A stretch of DNA of 64,000 nucleotides from Eledone cirrhosa. Its lineage: Eukaryota. Of the stretch, positions 63,591 through 64,000 are shown one piece after another (position 1 is the stretch's first letter; every line of letters starts with the position of its first letter). The DNA is taken from assembly GCA_964016885.1 (NCBI GenBank), contig OZ024757.1:38068001-38132000 (forward strand), in the 5' to 3' direction. The notes beneath the pieces are model-generated. The model searched no databases and was not told the DNA's origin. It saw only the letters and a program-made list of their open reading frames with translations. A program made the translations under genes and the position numbers.

Positions 63591-64000
63591 CTATATATGT
63601 TTGTATGGGTGTATTTACATAGATATGTAAACACATTTGTTTATATAGAATGAAAGCATCTTCTTACGTACCTCTGTCCGTGTCTGCTTGTAATCTCCTG
63701 TGGTTTCCAGAATTTCTTTCCTCTTTTCCATAAAATAACTCCAAAGATATGGAAAAATAAATTCCTCTAAATTTATAAGTCCCACGACTACAACCAGGCT
63801 TACCTCTCTCACCAAGGAATTTTCTTAAATGCTTTCTGTCAAAAACGATCGATATATACATTTTGCATACATCAAGTAATTGGTCTCAAACATAGAATGG
63901 ACTCGAAGACAAACATTTGGAGATTAACGAGGGTGAAAAGTAATAAAAATATGTAAAGTTTGAATTCTGCAAATTTAATGCCTATAAATAGTAAAACATT

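Overview
Very AT-rich eukaryotic genomic DNA, most likely a coleoid cephalopod such as Octopus. This is inferred from the giant interrupted (TA)n/(TATG)n arrays and the SINE families, not from a database search. About half the window is microsatellite, and all the very long Y/I/M/C/V/H/T ORFs are repeat artefacts. The rest holds about 25 copies or fragments of one tRNA-headed SINE family (A), about 8 copies of a second (B), decayed LINE pieces (RTE, CR1, CRE, probable Penelope), TIR elements and several long near-perfect palindromes. No intact protein-coding gene was found, but there is a candidate disrupted minus-strand gene for a secreted Cys-rich protein. The main signal is about ten type I hammerhead-ribozyme-like motifs (stem I-CTGAnGA-stem II-GAAA-short, often palindromic stem III-UH-stem I) plus several half motifs. 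They belong to several unrelated families of short non-coding elements that sit in (TA)n tracts and are often folded back as inverted repeats, suggesting Penelope-derived or retrozyme-like non-autonomous retroelements. All alignments and folds were done by eye, and SINE boundaries are approximate.
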